The notes under the pieces were generated by a model. That model saw nothing but the letters and a program-made list of their open reading frames with translations. It was not told the origin of the DNA and did not search any database. A DNA stretch of 63,899 bases, the filler included, from Folioceros fuciformis (taxonomy: Eukaryota), in the NCBI GenBank assembly GCA_049999805.1. It is 5 parts of 5 records of this genome, joined end to end, with 100 filler letters (N's around TTAATTAATTAA, not from the genome) between each part and the next. Parts side by side here need not be neighbours in the genome. Positions count along the whole stretch, not along the records: positions 1 to 20,685 come from JBNGIO010006330.1; positions 20,786 to 52,039 come from JBNGIO010006333.1; 3 more parts are not named here. One strand, written 5' to 3'. This document shows, piece by piece, positions 13,907 to 25,308 of the stretch (the first letter of the stretch is position 1; the number at the start of each line of letters is the position of its first letter). The position numbers and the translations under genes are program-made.

Positions 13907-14082
13907 GGGGGCGAAGGCTAGCATATATAAACGTTGGCAATTCAAGCTCCAAGCATCTTGTTGTGAATGCCGTGGACAAGAGAGGAGGCCCGAGAGGCTA
14001 GCATGCATAAACATTGGCAATTCAAGTTCTAAGCATCTCGTTGTGAACGCCATGACTAGAGGGAAGGCCCGAGAGGCTAGCA
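13907..14082. repeat. Tandem repeat, ~80-bp unit x ~2.2
   Basis: AGGCTAGCAT..ATAAAC.TTGGCAATTCAAG.T..AAGCATCT.GTTGTGAA.GCC repeated; AGGCTAGC recurs a third time. Confidence 0.85.
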
Positions 14083-15139
14083 ACCCTACATGCTTGACAC
14101 CTTGGAGGTGTGGAGTACTTGATCCGTGAAACCCTACTGAATGCTAAACCCCATGATGTTTCCTATCTTTGTGTATAACTTTAAAGACTATATGGCACCT
14201 TGATCTTTAATGATCAGGGTGTGGGAACCCTTAAAAAACAAAGGGATGTGTTGGTATCGGTCCACATGCCCCATATAGTGATAAGACAAAAAGTCTGTCT
14301 ACGGTGCAAAGGCAGGCAGGCCCTATGATGTGGCGATGTTGAGTACAGGAATATGAAGTAAGTATGAGAGAAAAATAACATGAGTGTGTGGGCCATATCT
14401 TATTCCATAACGTTCATACCAACATAGCAGTATTAAAATAATGATTAATGTGTAGAGTATCAATACAAAAAGATATATAAGATCCAAGGGTGTGACTCTT
14501 GCGAAGCGTTATTGGTCACAATGAAAGCAATGAGCGCACGAGTCTCGAGGTGCCTGGCCATGCTCCCATGCCATAAACGGCCATATTACTTAATGGCTCA
14601 TTCCCAACGGGCAACCCATTCTCGACGGTGCTGGCACGGGACTGTGAGCGTTGCGCAACAATGCAATACCACAGCATACCACCGGTATTGTGTATACATA
14701 CATAGTTTTACACGATCAACGGTTTTCCGGCCGCATGTGTGTGCAGATTTCAAACTAAGCTCTCTTCTCTCTCCCGACTTTTCACTCTTCGGCTCTCGAA
14801 GGCGTGCATTTGTGTTCAGTCTAATACCTATGTTTCTAGAGCTTGTGACAATGACAGAGTTTCAAGCGCCATTGCCTTGAAGTTCATCTGAAGAGCAATC
14901 TTGTTAAGTAGAGTATAGACGACAAGCGAGAGGCAACTTTGAAGACTCAACCATTTAAATTGAGTTCAGTAGCATAATGAAGGTTGATTTGCAGAGTGTT
15001 GTTCCTCAATTGTTGGACAAGGAACCTATGCAACTTTGAAGACTCAACCATTTGAATTGAGTTCAGTAGCATGATGAAGGTTGATTTGCAGAGTGTTGTT
15101 GCTCAATTGTTGGAAGAGGAGCCTATGCAACTTAGTAAG

Positions 15140-15412
15140 ATACCCGTTCGGGTAGTTGTTGTTGGTTTCGATATCGGCTCACATGTATACCGTGGGTGTA
15201 GCGAATGTATGACAGGAATGGCACCAAATGGCTAGTGCAGAAAGTGCAAATTGCACACAACTAGTCCTATCTAGTACCGGCTTTGATTATTAATTGAAGA
15301 TAAAAGATGCCAAGCATGGGCAACGACATTCATTGCTGGCAAGGATTTCACTCATCTCACCCCTCAGGAATTCAGTGTGAAGCAACTACAAGGCCAGGCC
15401 CTGGTGTATTGG
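15140..15412 (+). pseudogene. RPA70 C-terminal-like OB-fold/zinc-ribbon ORF inside the MULE, three in-frame stops
   Basis: Manual translation: IPVRVVVVGFDIGSHVYRGCSECMTGMAPNG*CRKCKLHTTSPI*YRL*LLIEDKRCQAWATTFIAGKDFTHLTPQEF. This matches the YxxCxxC..CxxC..YrL.l.i.D....w.t.F pattern of Rep_fac-A_C. Confidence 0.65.
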
Positions 15413-15746
15413 AGCCAACAAGTGCCTTTGGCTCTGCCTGAAGTCCTTTGCTCATGCTTGTCGGTGGTAGTGACAAATCATTATTGACTTGCTACCCACT
15501 CTGCAACTTATGGTGATTTTTATGCTTCCTGCATTGTAGGCTTTGCCATGTGGTGGTTGTTGTAAGTTAATATACTGTTCCTAAATGCAATCCCACGGTC
15601 TCTTCCTATGGTTGGAATCACACGGTATTTCATGTATCACGAAGCACATGCAACCAGTTTCAAACTTGTGTGTGTAAATTGGAACTCAAATGTGTGGGAT
15701 GCACATTACATTCAACAGAAGATTAATCCCGTGATGCACTAGCCAT

Positions 15747-17257
15747 CTAGACAAACGTGGCTCGCTTTTGTCTAGGAGGTACCTTCCACCCCCTTGCCCT
15801 ACTCTCCCAAAATGGGAGCTTTTGTTTCAAGCTGTTATCCTTGTCACTAGTATTAGCTACCTCAAGCAATAAAGAAAGTTGACTGCTTCCTTCGGTTTTC
15901 ACACCTAGGCCTTCCAATTGCCTAATCAATTGTTGCAGCATTGCACTTGCATGACGCTGTATAAAGGAGTATTTGTCCACCACAACACTTAACTAGCCCC
16001 AAAGTCACTCCAATGTTTGTGACTCTTGGCCCCTTGCACCTACAGTTCCTGAAAATTCACAGGACACTTGCATAGGGAGTACTTGTGATGTTGTGATGTA
16101 TCCACCTGTTGGCTCCAAGGATGCTCGCCACAATTGTTGTCTTGTCGAGCAAGGTTAGATTGGGCTGGCATATGTCGCTGTTAAGTTTTCTGGTAGCAAT
16201 TTTACAGTTTTTGCAACTAAACGCTTAGTTGGAACTACTTTGTCTAAAAGCAACATCACCTTCAATAGGTGCTTGCACATGAAGCCCTTGGCCCCTTTTT
16301 TGCAATTGCACTAGCCCCACGGTGTACTAGCCCCACTCATAACATACTCTTTGAGTCTCCTAGATTCTTCACTTGTGACATAAGCAAAATGATATGTGGA
16401 TGCCATAGATGATAGGAAAACATGATTGTCTAGAATGTCAAATGCTTTATGCAAAGCACTTCAAACTAGTTGCTCATGCTTACTATTTTGGATAATACCA
16501 ACGGTTTTGCACTGAGCTGCATATTAGAAATGACGATTTACTTCCTCAAACAAGATGTATAGTGACTAGTCGAGTCGCATGCTTGGCATGGTTTTCTTGG
16601 ATAACAAGCACCTATACTTCATATGCTTGTGGTACACTTCAATTGAAGAGTTGCAATCCTAGCTTGCATGGGGCGCGGTTCTCACAGCTTTTATCCATTG
16701 GTCCATGTTAGGACCCCATTCTTCCTTGAAATACTGCTGAATGTTCGAAGGTCTCATAAAAGGCATGCATCCGCAATTTTCCTACTTCAACGTCCAGCCT
16801 ATGAGGAGTGTCCATATACATCAAGCGCTTACATAATGGCATGTCTCGTGGATGAGTCTTTAACCTTCTTCAACAATTGACGTAACTATGCTGTGCGAAT
16901 GTGCCACAAACAAAGAAACACCATGATGAATGAGCCGAACACAGTTTTGATAGCATTTATTTCAGCCTGACTATTGGACAATATCCAACCCTGTGGCTTG
17001 GCTTTGCTTGTGATGATCCATGCCGCGAGGATACGATTGCAGTGCTCATCGAACACTAAGAGAGTAAAGAGCTGGAATTTCCACTTAATCGTCCCAAATG
17101 TGGCATCCATTGCTATCATGGAGCTGTGGCCATACATCACCATAGCTTGTATCTGGAATTCAGTTTGGATACTAAGCATGAAGTCCACACCCTGCTGGTC
17201 TACACCCGGCTGTGGAAAGAAAACATGTTGCTGGTGGATGGCCATCCACATCTTCAC
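15747..17257 (-). pseudogene. MULE transposase remnant (MULE DDE domain plus SWIM zinc finger)
   Basis: ..YGHSSMIAMDATFGTIKWKFQLFTLLVFDEH...VFLCLWHI (16886-17257); SWIM motif CNCKKGAKGFMCKH at ~16269-16310; stops and frameshifts. Confidence 0.85.
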
Positions 17258-18213
17258 ACTAAACCCTAAACCCGGCGGTGTGTGGTCATGTTATGCGAGC
17301 ATCCCTAAACCCTAAACCCCTGTTCTAGAGGATCTATTTGCCGTCCTTCGCAAGCGATGTCTGGATTAAGGAGACACGGTCATCATGGACGCCCTACTTA
17401 TGTCGTAACGGAAAAGATCACTTATGCAAATCTTCGGGAGAGAGAAGGGAGCTCCATTTGAAATTTGCACATTCCATTGTTCTCCCGCCAGCCAGTCTCA
17501 TCGTGTATTACTATGTATGTATCTCATCGTGTATTACTATGTATGTATATACAATACCCGTGGTATGCTGCACAATATTGCGTGGTCCCGCAACGCTCAC
17601 CGTCCCGCACCAGCGCCGTGGGGAATGGGTCACCCGGCATGCGGGCATGGCCAGGCACCTCGAGACTCGGGACTCGTGCGCTCATTACTTTCACCGATAG
17701 CGCCTGCGGTCACTCTTTATGAAGGGATACAACCCTAACTATTAAATAAATGGCAAGTAATGAATCTCTAATAAATTAACAGAGTAGATATTCCATGCAG
17801 AATGTCATTTGGGAAGCGGGCCGTAGGTAAACATTGTCCATGCACCATGGGCTGACAAGTGACATAATGGCGCCTGGGTATGTTATTACCTGAGAGGTGG
17901 TGACGACACGTTTGCCGGGCTGGGGAGCTAGAACGGTCTCGGCCGTTTAATGCTGACGTCTCCCCGCCCTGACCTCCTAGTAGTAGCCGCAGCAGGAGGA
18001 GTTTGTCAGCGGTTTACTGATATGTGCCATTCCTTGAGTTCCTAACGGCAGGACTAGTTAAATTTGTCAGCCGTAGGCCCCTATACTGTCCTTAAGAGCC
18101 TGTTCAATGCCGACGGTGATGGACGATCAAACACACCAGTCTACTCCGCAAGCTGCTGCCCGGAAAGGTAAGATGCTCGCAGAACAAGACGTTGTGCTGT
18201 CGCAGAAAATGTG

Positions 18214-20509
18214 TTACTTCGGTAGGCTCTGCAACTTTCCGGTACATCCCTCTGACACGCCTGGAGTAATTCTAGACTTGACTAGCTTCTCGAACTCCAG
18301 CTCGCTGAGACGAATTAGATTCTTAGCCGAGTCAAATGTTGTGAGTCGAATGCTGCAGCCACACACACTCGAAATCATTTCTCAAACAGGGCGCGAAGGA
18401 ATGGAGAACTCGCATCGCCTCGACACGTACCAGTTGTTAGGTAGATTTTTCAAGGCATTTGGGACAAATCCCCTATACAAGCCACCAATACCGTCCCTCT
18501 TCACTATACCTGAAACGTGTCACCACAAAAGCTCAAGCGCTGCCTGCTGTCGCTGGCAAAGACGAAAGCCGTTAAGGTTCGAGGACACGCACCAGGTATG
18601 GCATCAAGGACGCCTGAAAATGGTGAACCCTTCATTTGCATCTGTCTCCGCACAGTATCTAATGGGTAACAGATTGTTGTTGCAAGAGTTGCAGAGACAA
18701 AAGCAGTGGCAAATGCTGCAACCGGCTCCTTTCTAACATCTTCTGGAAGCGATTTCTTGATCCTGTGAAGGACAGGAGGTTTGCAGTTAAGCCATCCGTC
18801 TTGAGTGTTGCAAAGAGAAGCCTACAAAAAGACTGTCCAAACATGGGGGAAGCTTACAGGTCAAATATGCAGAAGTTCAGAGCTATGTAAGGAGCTATTC
18901 CAAGAAGAGATGGCCCCAAACCTCTGTAGAACGATAACAGCCCCTCTTCTTTGGCCATCAGTATTGCAACCTGCAGAATATAAGGCCTGCTCAGCTCATC
19001 CAAAAGTCAACAACAGGACCAACAAACGCCGTCAAAACGTAACTGCATACCTGCGTCATTGTTTTTGTTCCCGGATCCACAGCCATACGAAATCGCAGGG
19101 TATCCAAGGGATATGTCACCTGCTTATCAAAACCAGTGCAAGAGATCAAACAACCATAGACCAGTATGCAGGAAACTCCATAGGTTTCATTGTCGAGGGA
19201 TACCGACCAGGGTCGAAGTCATGCCCGCGCAAGCTCCAGCTGCTAATCGGCCAAGCACAGACAACTCTGTACCGTTCCCTTTGAAAACCTTCTGCGGAAT
19301 GACCATGAATCAGAATGTGAATGTTGGCTCCCTTTGGAATCTTTCACAGCCTGATGTATTCCATGAAGTGAACGTGTTTAGTACGTGCAGGTCAGGAGAC
19401 AACCTTGTAGACTTCATATGAGAAAAGTTGCACAGCACTGTATGGCACTATCCTAATAACCTGCACACACGCAAGGCGCATCCTTACAGACAGGTCCAAG
19501 AAGCGCTACATTAAATCAACACATTCAAAACAATCTGATCACCCACCTGGGGAAGATTGCCTTTCCAGTATCCTCGTACTCCCTCCTCTGCTCCGATCTT
19601 CATTACAGCCTGCCAAGGATTTAACTCTCATGAGAAAAACGATGCCCAGGAAGAACAAGGGAGCTCCTTGGCTTGCTAGGGTTTCTGATGCACAGTCACC
19701 TCAAAAAGCGGAATGCCACCCTTGGCCCCCATCTTAGCTCCACCAACCTGCAGTTAGACTTGCATCAGCACTCACCACTAAAGTCAGCAAGACACAGAGC
19801 TCCAGGTCGAACTGAACCACAAGGCAGACTCATTCACCTGCATGAGAATTTTGACTCTGTCAAGCGGAGCGGTCAGAGACTTGGCAACAGCCCCAGCAAA
19901 TGCCCCCGCAGCGAATAACAGAAAATCCTTCCGGGCCCAGCACACACCCAGCAGCGGACGCTTGAGGACCTCAGCTACAGTAGGAGGTCGCTGCACACTG
20001 CTACTTTCCTCTTCCTTCTCCACCTTCTCCACCTTTTCCGCTTCTCGGCGGGTTTCTTTCTGCGAGTCGGCTGGCTGAAGCAATCTCCTGCTCGCCGCCC
20101 ACTCAACCTGCGGCAGAGCAGAGGAACTGGACACAAGCCGCACTCCACGAACTAGTCCACTGGATCTGCGCCAGGCCCTACATTCCCTGCCCTTGCGAGC
20201 TCCACAACTTCCCCTTCCTTCTAGCCACTGAGAGCAATTCTGAACTAAATTTGCGTTGGTGGCGAGTCCAGATAAATCCACATCACCCCTCCAACTGCAA
20301 GATGCCAGACCTTCTTGAAGCTCAAATCCTGTCCGCACGGCAAATGGCAACGTCAACGATTGGAACAACCCTTCCAAAGCATTAGCACCGTCCCATTCCG
20401 CATGCTTCAGATCCCTTCCACCAGCCAAGACCCGGCGGGACCCCCCCTCTGCAAGTTCAGAATTAGTGTTTCCATCGTTGCCTCTGATCGGATGTGAGGA
20501 AGCTGCCAT
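18214..20509 (-). CDS. TAAC: Mitochondrial-carrier-family thylakoid/envelope ADP,ATP carrier (multi-exon, long N-terminal extension)
   Basis: Exons read FAAGAFAGAVAKSLTAPLDRVKILMQ, AVMKIGAEEGVRGYWKGNLPQ, ... IRLTTFDSAKNLI..PK*. ATG at 20509, stop at 18214; splice sites checked are GT-AG. Confidence 0.88.
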
Positions 20510-20685
20510 GGAGCGGCTTCGGTTGCAGATGAGACGCTTCACATTAAGGTGTGATTCTCCCTTTCGAACTTGCTGCTTTCATTCAGTGGTCAGTCTCCCA
20601 AGGAAAACAACGAAGCACCTCAACGGATCCAACTGTGGACCGGGTTGATGAGCCCACTTAGCAGACAGTTGGGTCCTACACACGT

Positions 20686-20785
20686 NNNNNNNNNNNNNNN
20701 NNNNNNNNNNNNNNNNNNNNNNNNNNNNNTTAATTAATTAANNNNNNNNNNNNNNNNNNNNNNNNNNNNNNNNNNNNNNNNNNNN
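20686..20785. other. Assembly gap with artificial TTAATTAATTAA spacer (also 52040-52139, 57342-57441, 61713-61812; plain N gap at 24451-24550)
   Basis: The same 12-mer is centred in N runs four times and gives stops in all six frames. Confidence 0.95.
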
Positions 20786-20978
20786 GTATATATATATATA
20801 GATATATATGCAAGTACAATTGGAATGACTCTTCATTGCAAAAGATGGAGGTATCTTGCTTGCAAAAAAAAATCAAAAAAATAGAAATCTCAAATCAATA
20901 TTGAATATTTTTTGGAATTTTACAAGTTTAGTCACAATAACTCACATTTGATTGCATTTACTGAAGAGACAAATATTG

Positions 20979-21473
20979 ATGTTTCTCCAAATGAATGTAA
21001 TGAAATCTATGGTTATTGTTATGTTATATTGCGTCGGGGTAATGGGTGAACCTAATAGTATACCAATACTTTGGAATTGTGCAAGTAGTGCTCTAACAAC
21101 GACGGACACTTACAATCAATATCTTGAAGTAGCTATGGCATCACTTAGTGCAGAAGGGTTCCAGCGATGGGGACAATGGGAGCAAGCGTCGTTTAACTCT
21201 GCAATTCGTCGAACTAGATTTCAAAATTTCGTAGGTATGTCATACGAAAACATGTGTGTTGTGATATTGTACTATAGAGGTGGATGTAGGTATTCATCTC
21301 TATGTTCAAGCGCTTCTTTATGTAAGGAATGTCTTGATCTACTTAGTATTCAGCTCATAAATGAATTATGTCATGGAAGAAGAAGAGGAAGTGTGTATGC
21401 CCCGGATTGCTTTGTTCGGTATTCAAATGATTTTATGTCAAACGATGAGCGTATTTGGCCTTTCCTTGACTAA
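20979..21473 (+). CDS. Secreted single-DUF26 (ginkbilobin-2-like) cysteine-rich protein, paralog 1
   Basis: First ATG at 20979, signal-like hydrophobic N-terminus, then WNC..YNQYLEVAMASL...YYRGGCRYSSLCSSASLCKECLD..LCHGRRRGSVYAPDCFVRYS. Intronless. Confidence 0.75.
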   Translation: MFLQMNVMKSMVIVMLYCVGVMGEPNSIPILWNCASSALTTTDTYNQYLEVAMASLSAEGFQRWGQWEQASFNSAIRRTRFQNFVGMSYENMCVVILYYRGGCRYSSLCSSASLCKECLDLLSIQLINELCHGRRRGSVYAPDCFVRYSNDFMSNDERIWPFLD

Positions 21474-22645
21474 CATGGAACTATTTACTTTATAATAAAA
21501 ACTATTCATTGAAACTTGTTGATGCTAGTATGTACTTTGCTAGATAGAAATAAAGAGAGTAAGAAACTCGTCGATGCCTTATTGTAGGGAAGGAGATATA
21601 CGAAAGGAGCTTTATATGCACACTTACAAGTAGTGACTGCGAGGGAAAGGACAACCATCTCTCACAATGATCTCTCTCTTTTCAAATCTTAACATACTTT
21701 TATGGAACTGTGGAAATGACTACCTATAAGTAAATTAGTTTGTTATAAGTAGAGAGATGGAATTAGGGGTGTTAACAAAACCACATGTTAGGGCTAGCTT
21801 TTCAACATGCCCACAAAGCATATCTTCAAAGCTCTTGACACCAACTTGTTTGTTTGTGGTGTAATCTTATCTCAGTTTCACATTCAACTCTCTAGTTTCA
21901 ACAAGAATATAGCCCCTCGTGGGAGATGGGTTCTAAGCTTCTTATTCCCTAGACTCGTGTTGGAAGATTTTCCTTGTTGCATCATGGATGTTCAAAGTTC
22001 ATTGTTGTTCATTCGTCGTCCTCCATCTCATACTAGTGCAAAATATTTAGCATTTTGGTTCACTTATGGTCGAATTTACAGGCCTGCCTTTCCTTTTTCG
22101 AATGATTATAGTACTACAATTTGAGCACTTTCTTTCCTTCTCATGTCCAGGATAAACAGACATAGGCAAAAAGGGGTTTGATTGACAATTAACAAGTAGT
22201 ACACAAATGCACAATTTTATACAAGAGGCTAGGATTAAAATTATTCTGTTTACTATTTTTATTAAATATTCTGTTTATCAGTTCGATTTAATATGTTTTT
22301 CTCATTTCTCGTCTTTCAAACTTAGTGTGAATATATTTTAAGTTAATTTAAATATTATGATATATTCTTACTACATCAATCATTGTTCAACAAAATGTAA
22401 GAATAATATTACTTTTTTAGACATAGACATATTAGTTTATTAAAAATATGATTTATAATTTACATAATGGATGGAGGTTTAAGTTCCTTGCTTTGTTTGA
22501 ACTTTATTCCACAAAGCAGTAGTGGAGTCTTCACAGAAACACTGTCCATATGACTCAAGTATGAAGTTACATAGAAGAAAATTCAATTGTTAGATAACTT
22601 TCAATGAATTCAACCAGTCTAGCAACACCAAGCTAACCATACTTA

Positions 22646-23164
22646 ATGTTTGTGCAAGAAAATTTGATGAGGCTTATTATTACTATTCTTATTATTATGT
22701 TATCTTTCGAAATGGCAATGAGTGAAGCAGACAGCATACCATATACATGGTATTGTGGAAATGGTGTTACATCTCGAACAACAGAAAAGTATGATGAATA
22801 TCTTGAGATAGCCATGGCAACACTCGGCACAGAAGGATTCCAGAGGTGGGGACAATGGGAGAGGTCACAATTGTACCCGGATGTACTTCGAACTAGATTT
22901 GAAAATTACCTAACAATGTCATCTAGAGAAATGGACGTGTGTGTTGTGGTGGTGTATTACAAAGCAGGATGTAGGTATTCACCTTCGTGTTCAAGTCCAT
23001 CGTTGTGTAAAGAATGTCTTGACACTTTGAGCTATGATCTCATCACTAATTTATGTTTTAAAAGCACAAAAGGAAATGCTTATGCCCTTGACTGTTTCGT
23101 ACGTTATTCAGATAGGTACATAGAAGGTGATGCTTTGAGGTTTTGGCCTCATGTCCCTTCATAA
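22646..23164 (+). CDS. Secreted single-DUF26 (ginkbilobin-2-like) cysteine-rich protein, paralog 2
   Basis: Signal-like N-terminus; aligns end to end with paralog 1 (EGFQRWGQWE, CKECLD, DCFVRYS); all 8 mature-region Cys conserved. Confidence 0.78.
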   Translation: MFVQENLMRLIITILIIMLSFEMAMSEADSIPYTWYCGNGVTSRTTEKYDEYLEIAMATLGTEGFQRWGQWERSQLYPDVLRTRFENYLTMSSREMDVCVVVVYYKAGCRYSPSCSSPSLCKECLDTLSYDLITNLCFKSTKGNAYALDCFVRYSDRYIEGDALRFWPHVPS

Positions 23165-24002
23165 AACTGAGAAAACTGGCATGATTTACAAAATTTAATA
23201 ACATTAAGTGCCTTATATTAGTTAAATATATGAGTAAAATATCATAAATAGTATCACAAAATAATTAAACAAAACTGAGGAGTTCAAACGATGAGACTGC
23301 TAAAATATATTGCTATCGTAGTCTTCTATGTATATGAACTACTCGGGTTGAAGTACCTCGAGAATTGTTAGATATGCCTTAAGCTGATGCTTAAGCGCTA
23401 TTCCATGTGTATTGATTGCTTGACGAACAAACGACCTCACCGACGATATCACAGATTTTCACCGTCGCAGCCTCTGCAAGTATTTGTTGCCGAATTCGAC
23501 GTGGTTGGGTGGTGACAGCGACGAGTTTGGTGACCTCGATCCATGTCCTCGGCAACGGCAGAAGCGAGAGGCGCCCTCGCTACGACCTGCTCCGTTCACT
23601 CCGTCACACTAGCCTGAATCGCAGGGTCCTTTAGGGACGACACTATGACACGAAGGGTGGTACTTAAGATCAGCAAGCACCGGAACATACCTCCTTTCCA
23701 CTCTCTCCATCTCCCACTATCCACAATACAGTGTGATCAAAATCTCTTCGGTGACAAGGACAACAAGAAGATGCAGTGATTTACATGAGCAGGGGTTCTA
23801 CGAGTACCGCAACCCTAACATCACGAGAGGCAACAAAAATGAGGGAGTCGTCACCGGGTGCATGTTCGAGGGGCATCCCCTAAATTCAGCCCACGGCCGG
23901 ATGCCCTCGTCTCTAAATTGTTCAGAGTACAAACGCACACGACAGGCTGCCAGCAGTGCTACCATTCACCAACTCTAGGCCAGGGGAAACGATCTGCAAG
24001 CT

Positions 24003-24581
24003 TCACGTCATGTTGTTGGACGTCACCTGCAGCATGGCCAGGTCAGTTTGCAAACTCGCACAACACGTCATGAACCAGCTCTCCAATCGCGACATCACTA
24101 TCGTCCAAAGATGCAAGAACAGGACGGCAATCGTGGAGTGGACACGATAGGGCACGCAGAGAATGACCTTGAGGCACTGGGTCTGGCATCGGCGCATGCA
24201 GATGTCGTTCCAGTTCGGGAGGTGGTGCGCATTGGCACAGACGGAGGAGGCGCAGGCGTCGGTGCAGGCATCCACCTCAGAAACGCCGCAGACAGTGACG
24301 CAGGTATCAGGAGTAGGGTCTTTGGAGAAGGCCCCCACTCGGTTCAGCATCCTCTTGGACGTGCACACCCGCTCGCACACGAAGGCGTCGTTGTCGCCTT
24401 TGGAATCCCTCCCGCGCAGCTGCTCTTCCTCCCGCCCCCGCGTGTTCTTCNNNNNNNNNNNNNNNNNNNNNNNNNNNNNNNNNNNNNNNNNNNNNNNNNN
24501 NNNNNNNNNNNNNNNNNNNNNNNNNNNNNNNNNNNNNNNNNNNNNNNNNNCCGCCACCGCTCCCCACCACCAATCCACCAT
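24003..24581 (-). CDS. At5g64816-like small Cys-rich conserved plant protein (contains a gap; 3' end uncertain)
   Basis: MVDWWW.. and FVCERVCTSKRMLNRVGAFSKDPTPDTCVTVCGVSEVDACTDAC..VC..H.PNWNDICMRRCQTQCLK match this family. Recognisable homology ends near 24170, where an intron may start. Confidence 0.85.
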   Translation of the reverse strand: MVDWWWGAVAXXXXXXXXXXXXXXXXXXXXXXXXXXXXXXXXXXKNTRGREEEQLRGRDSKGDNDAFVCERVCTSKRMLNRVGAFSKDPTPDTCVTVCGVSEVDACTDACASSVCANAHHLPNWNDICMRRCQTQCLKVILCVPYRVHSTIAVLFLHLWTIVMSRLESWFMTCCASLQTDLAMLQVTSNNMT

Positions 24582-25308
24582 GCCTGAGCCAGTTCTCTTG
24601 CGCCAACTTTCCCTCCTCTCCTCTCTTCAACCCTAATACGTCTCCTTCAACAACGAGCTCCGACAACCGTTGATCCCACACTGTTCCTGTCCCACGGGAT
24701 CTAAGTTCCTAGACGAGTGGGGAAGGCGCGCTGGCGTTTTGAACACGCCGATGCCATGAGCATCAGGAAAACGTACTGCTGCTCCTTCACATCGCTCTCT
24801 TTCTTCTTGCTTATTCCAGCTTCAGTGCTTCACTGGAAATGGACTGGCAGTGCAAACTCAAAGTCACCTGTTACCCTCGTCACCTTCGGACTGGAGCTCG
24901 TGGCGGCAATGCAAGACCTGTGCTTCCTCGAACCGCGCTGCGCTCCTGTCCCACAATGAACAACCGGGAGCCAAGAGCGCCCCTTCCCCGCTGAAACACA
25001 TCGCTGGGAAGATTTCCCCTAATAGCTTAAAATCTGATTGGATTGGACACGGGTACTGTACTATGGTACAACTGCACGCAAGTTTTTCGAGCCTGCTGTG
25101 CTGCGCATTGGAACCGGAAAACGACGGAGATCCTCACGCTCTGGTGAAGATATCAGAGGCCCTATCCTACGTCCTCGCAAGCCAACTTTCCTAGCACTGT
25201 TGACATCACCTGTGTCCACGTCACTGCAGTAATCCACTGTCAGCGAAGCACTGGGATCAGGACCCTATCACCAACAGGTCAGGATATGCAATTGCTGCAC
25301 CAATCCAG

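Larger units (their letters stand above)
14490..17715 (-). mobile_element. Mutator-like element (MULE) with ~280-bp terminal inverted repeats, degenerate
   Basis: ~14490-14778 is the diverged reverse complement of ~17434-17715 (e.g. ATGAGCGCACGAGTC..GAGGTGCCTGGCCATG, GTATTGT.TATACATACATAGT, CTTCTCTCTCCCGA). Contains an internal transposase remnant. No clear TSD. Confidence 0.88.

Noticed and set aside
18107-19421. Plus-strand ORFs of 120-209 aa
   Set aside because: Antisense to exons and introns of the ADP/ATP carrier gene; no independent coding signal.
20730-20741. Palindromic TTAATTAATTAA recurring four times
   Set aside because: Always centred in N runs; an artificial scaffolding spacer, not biology.
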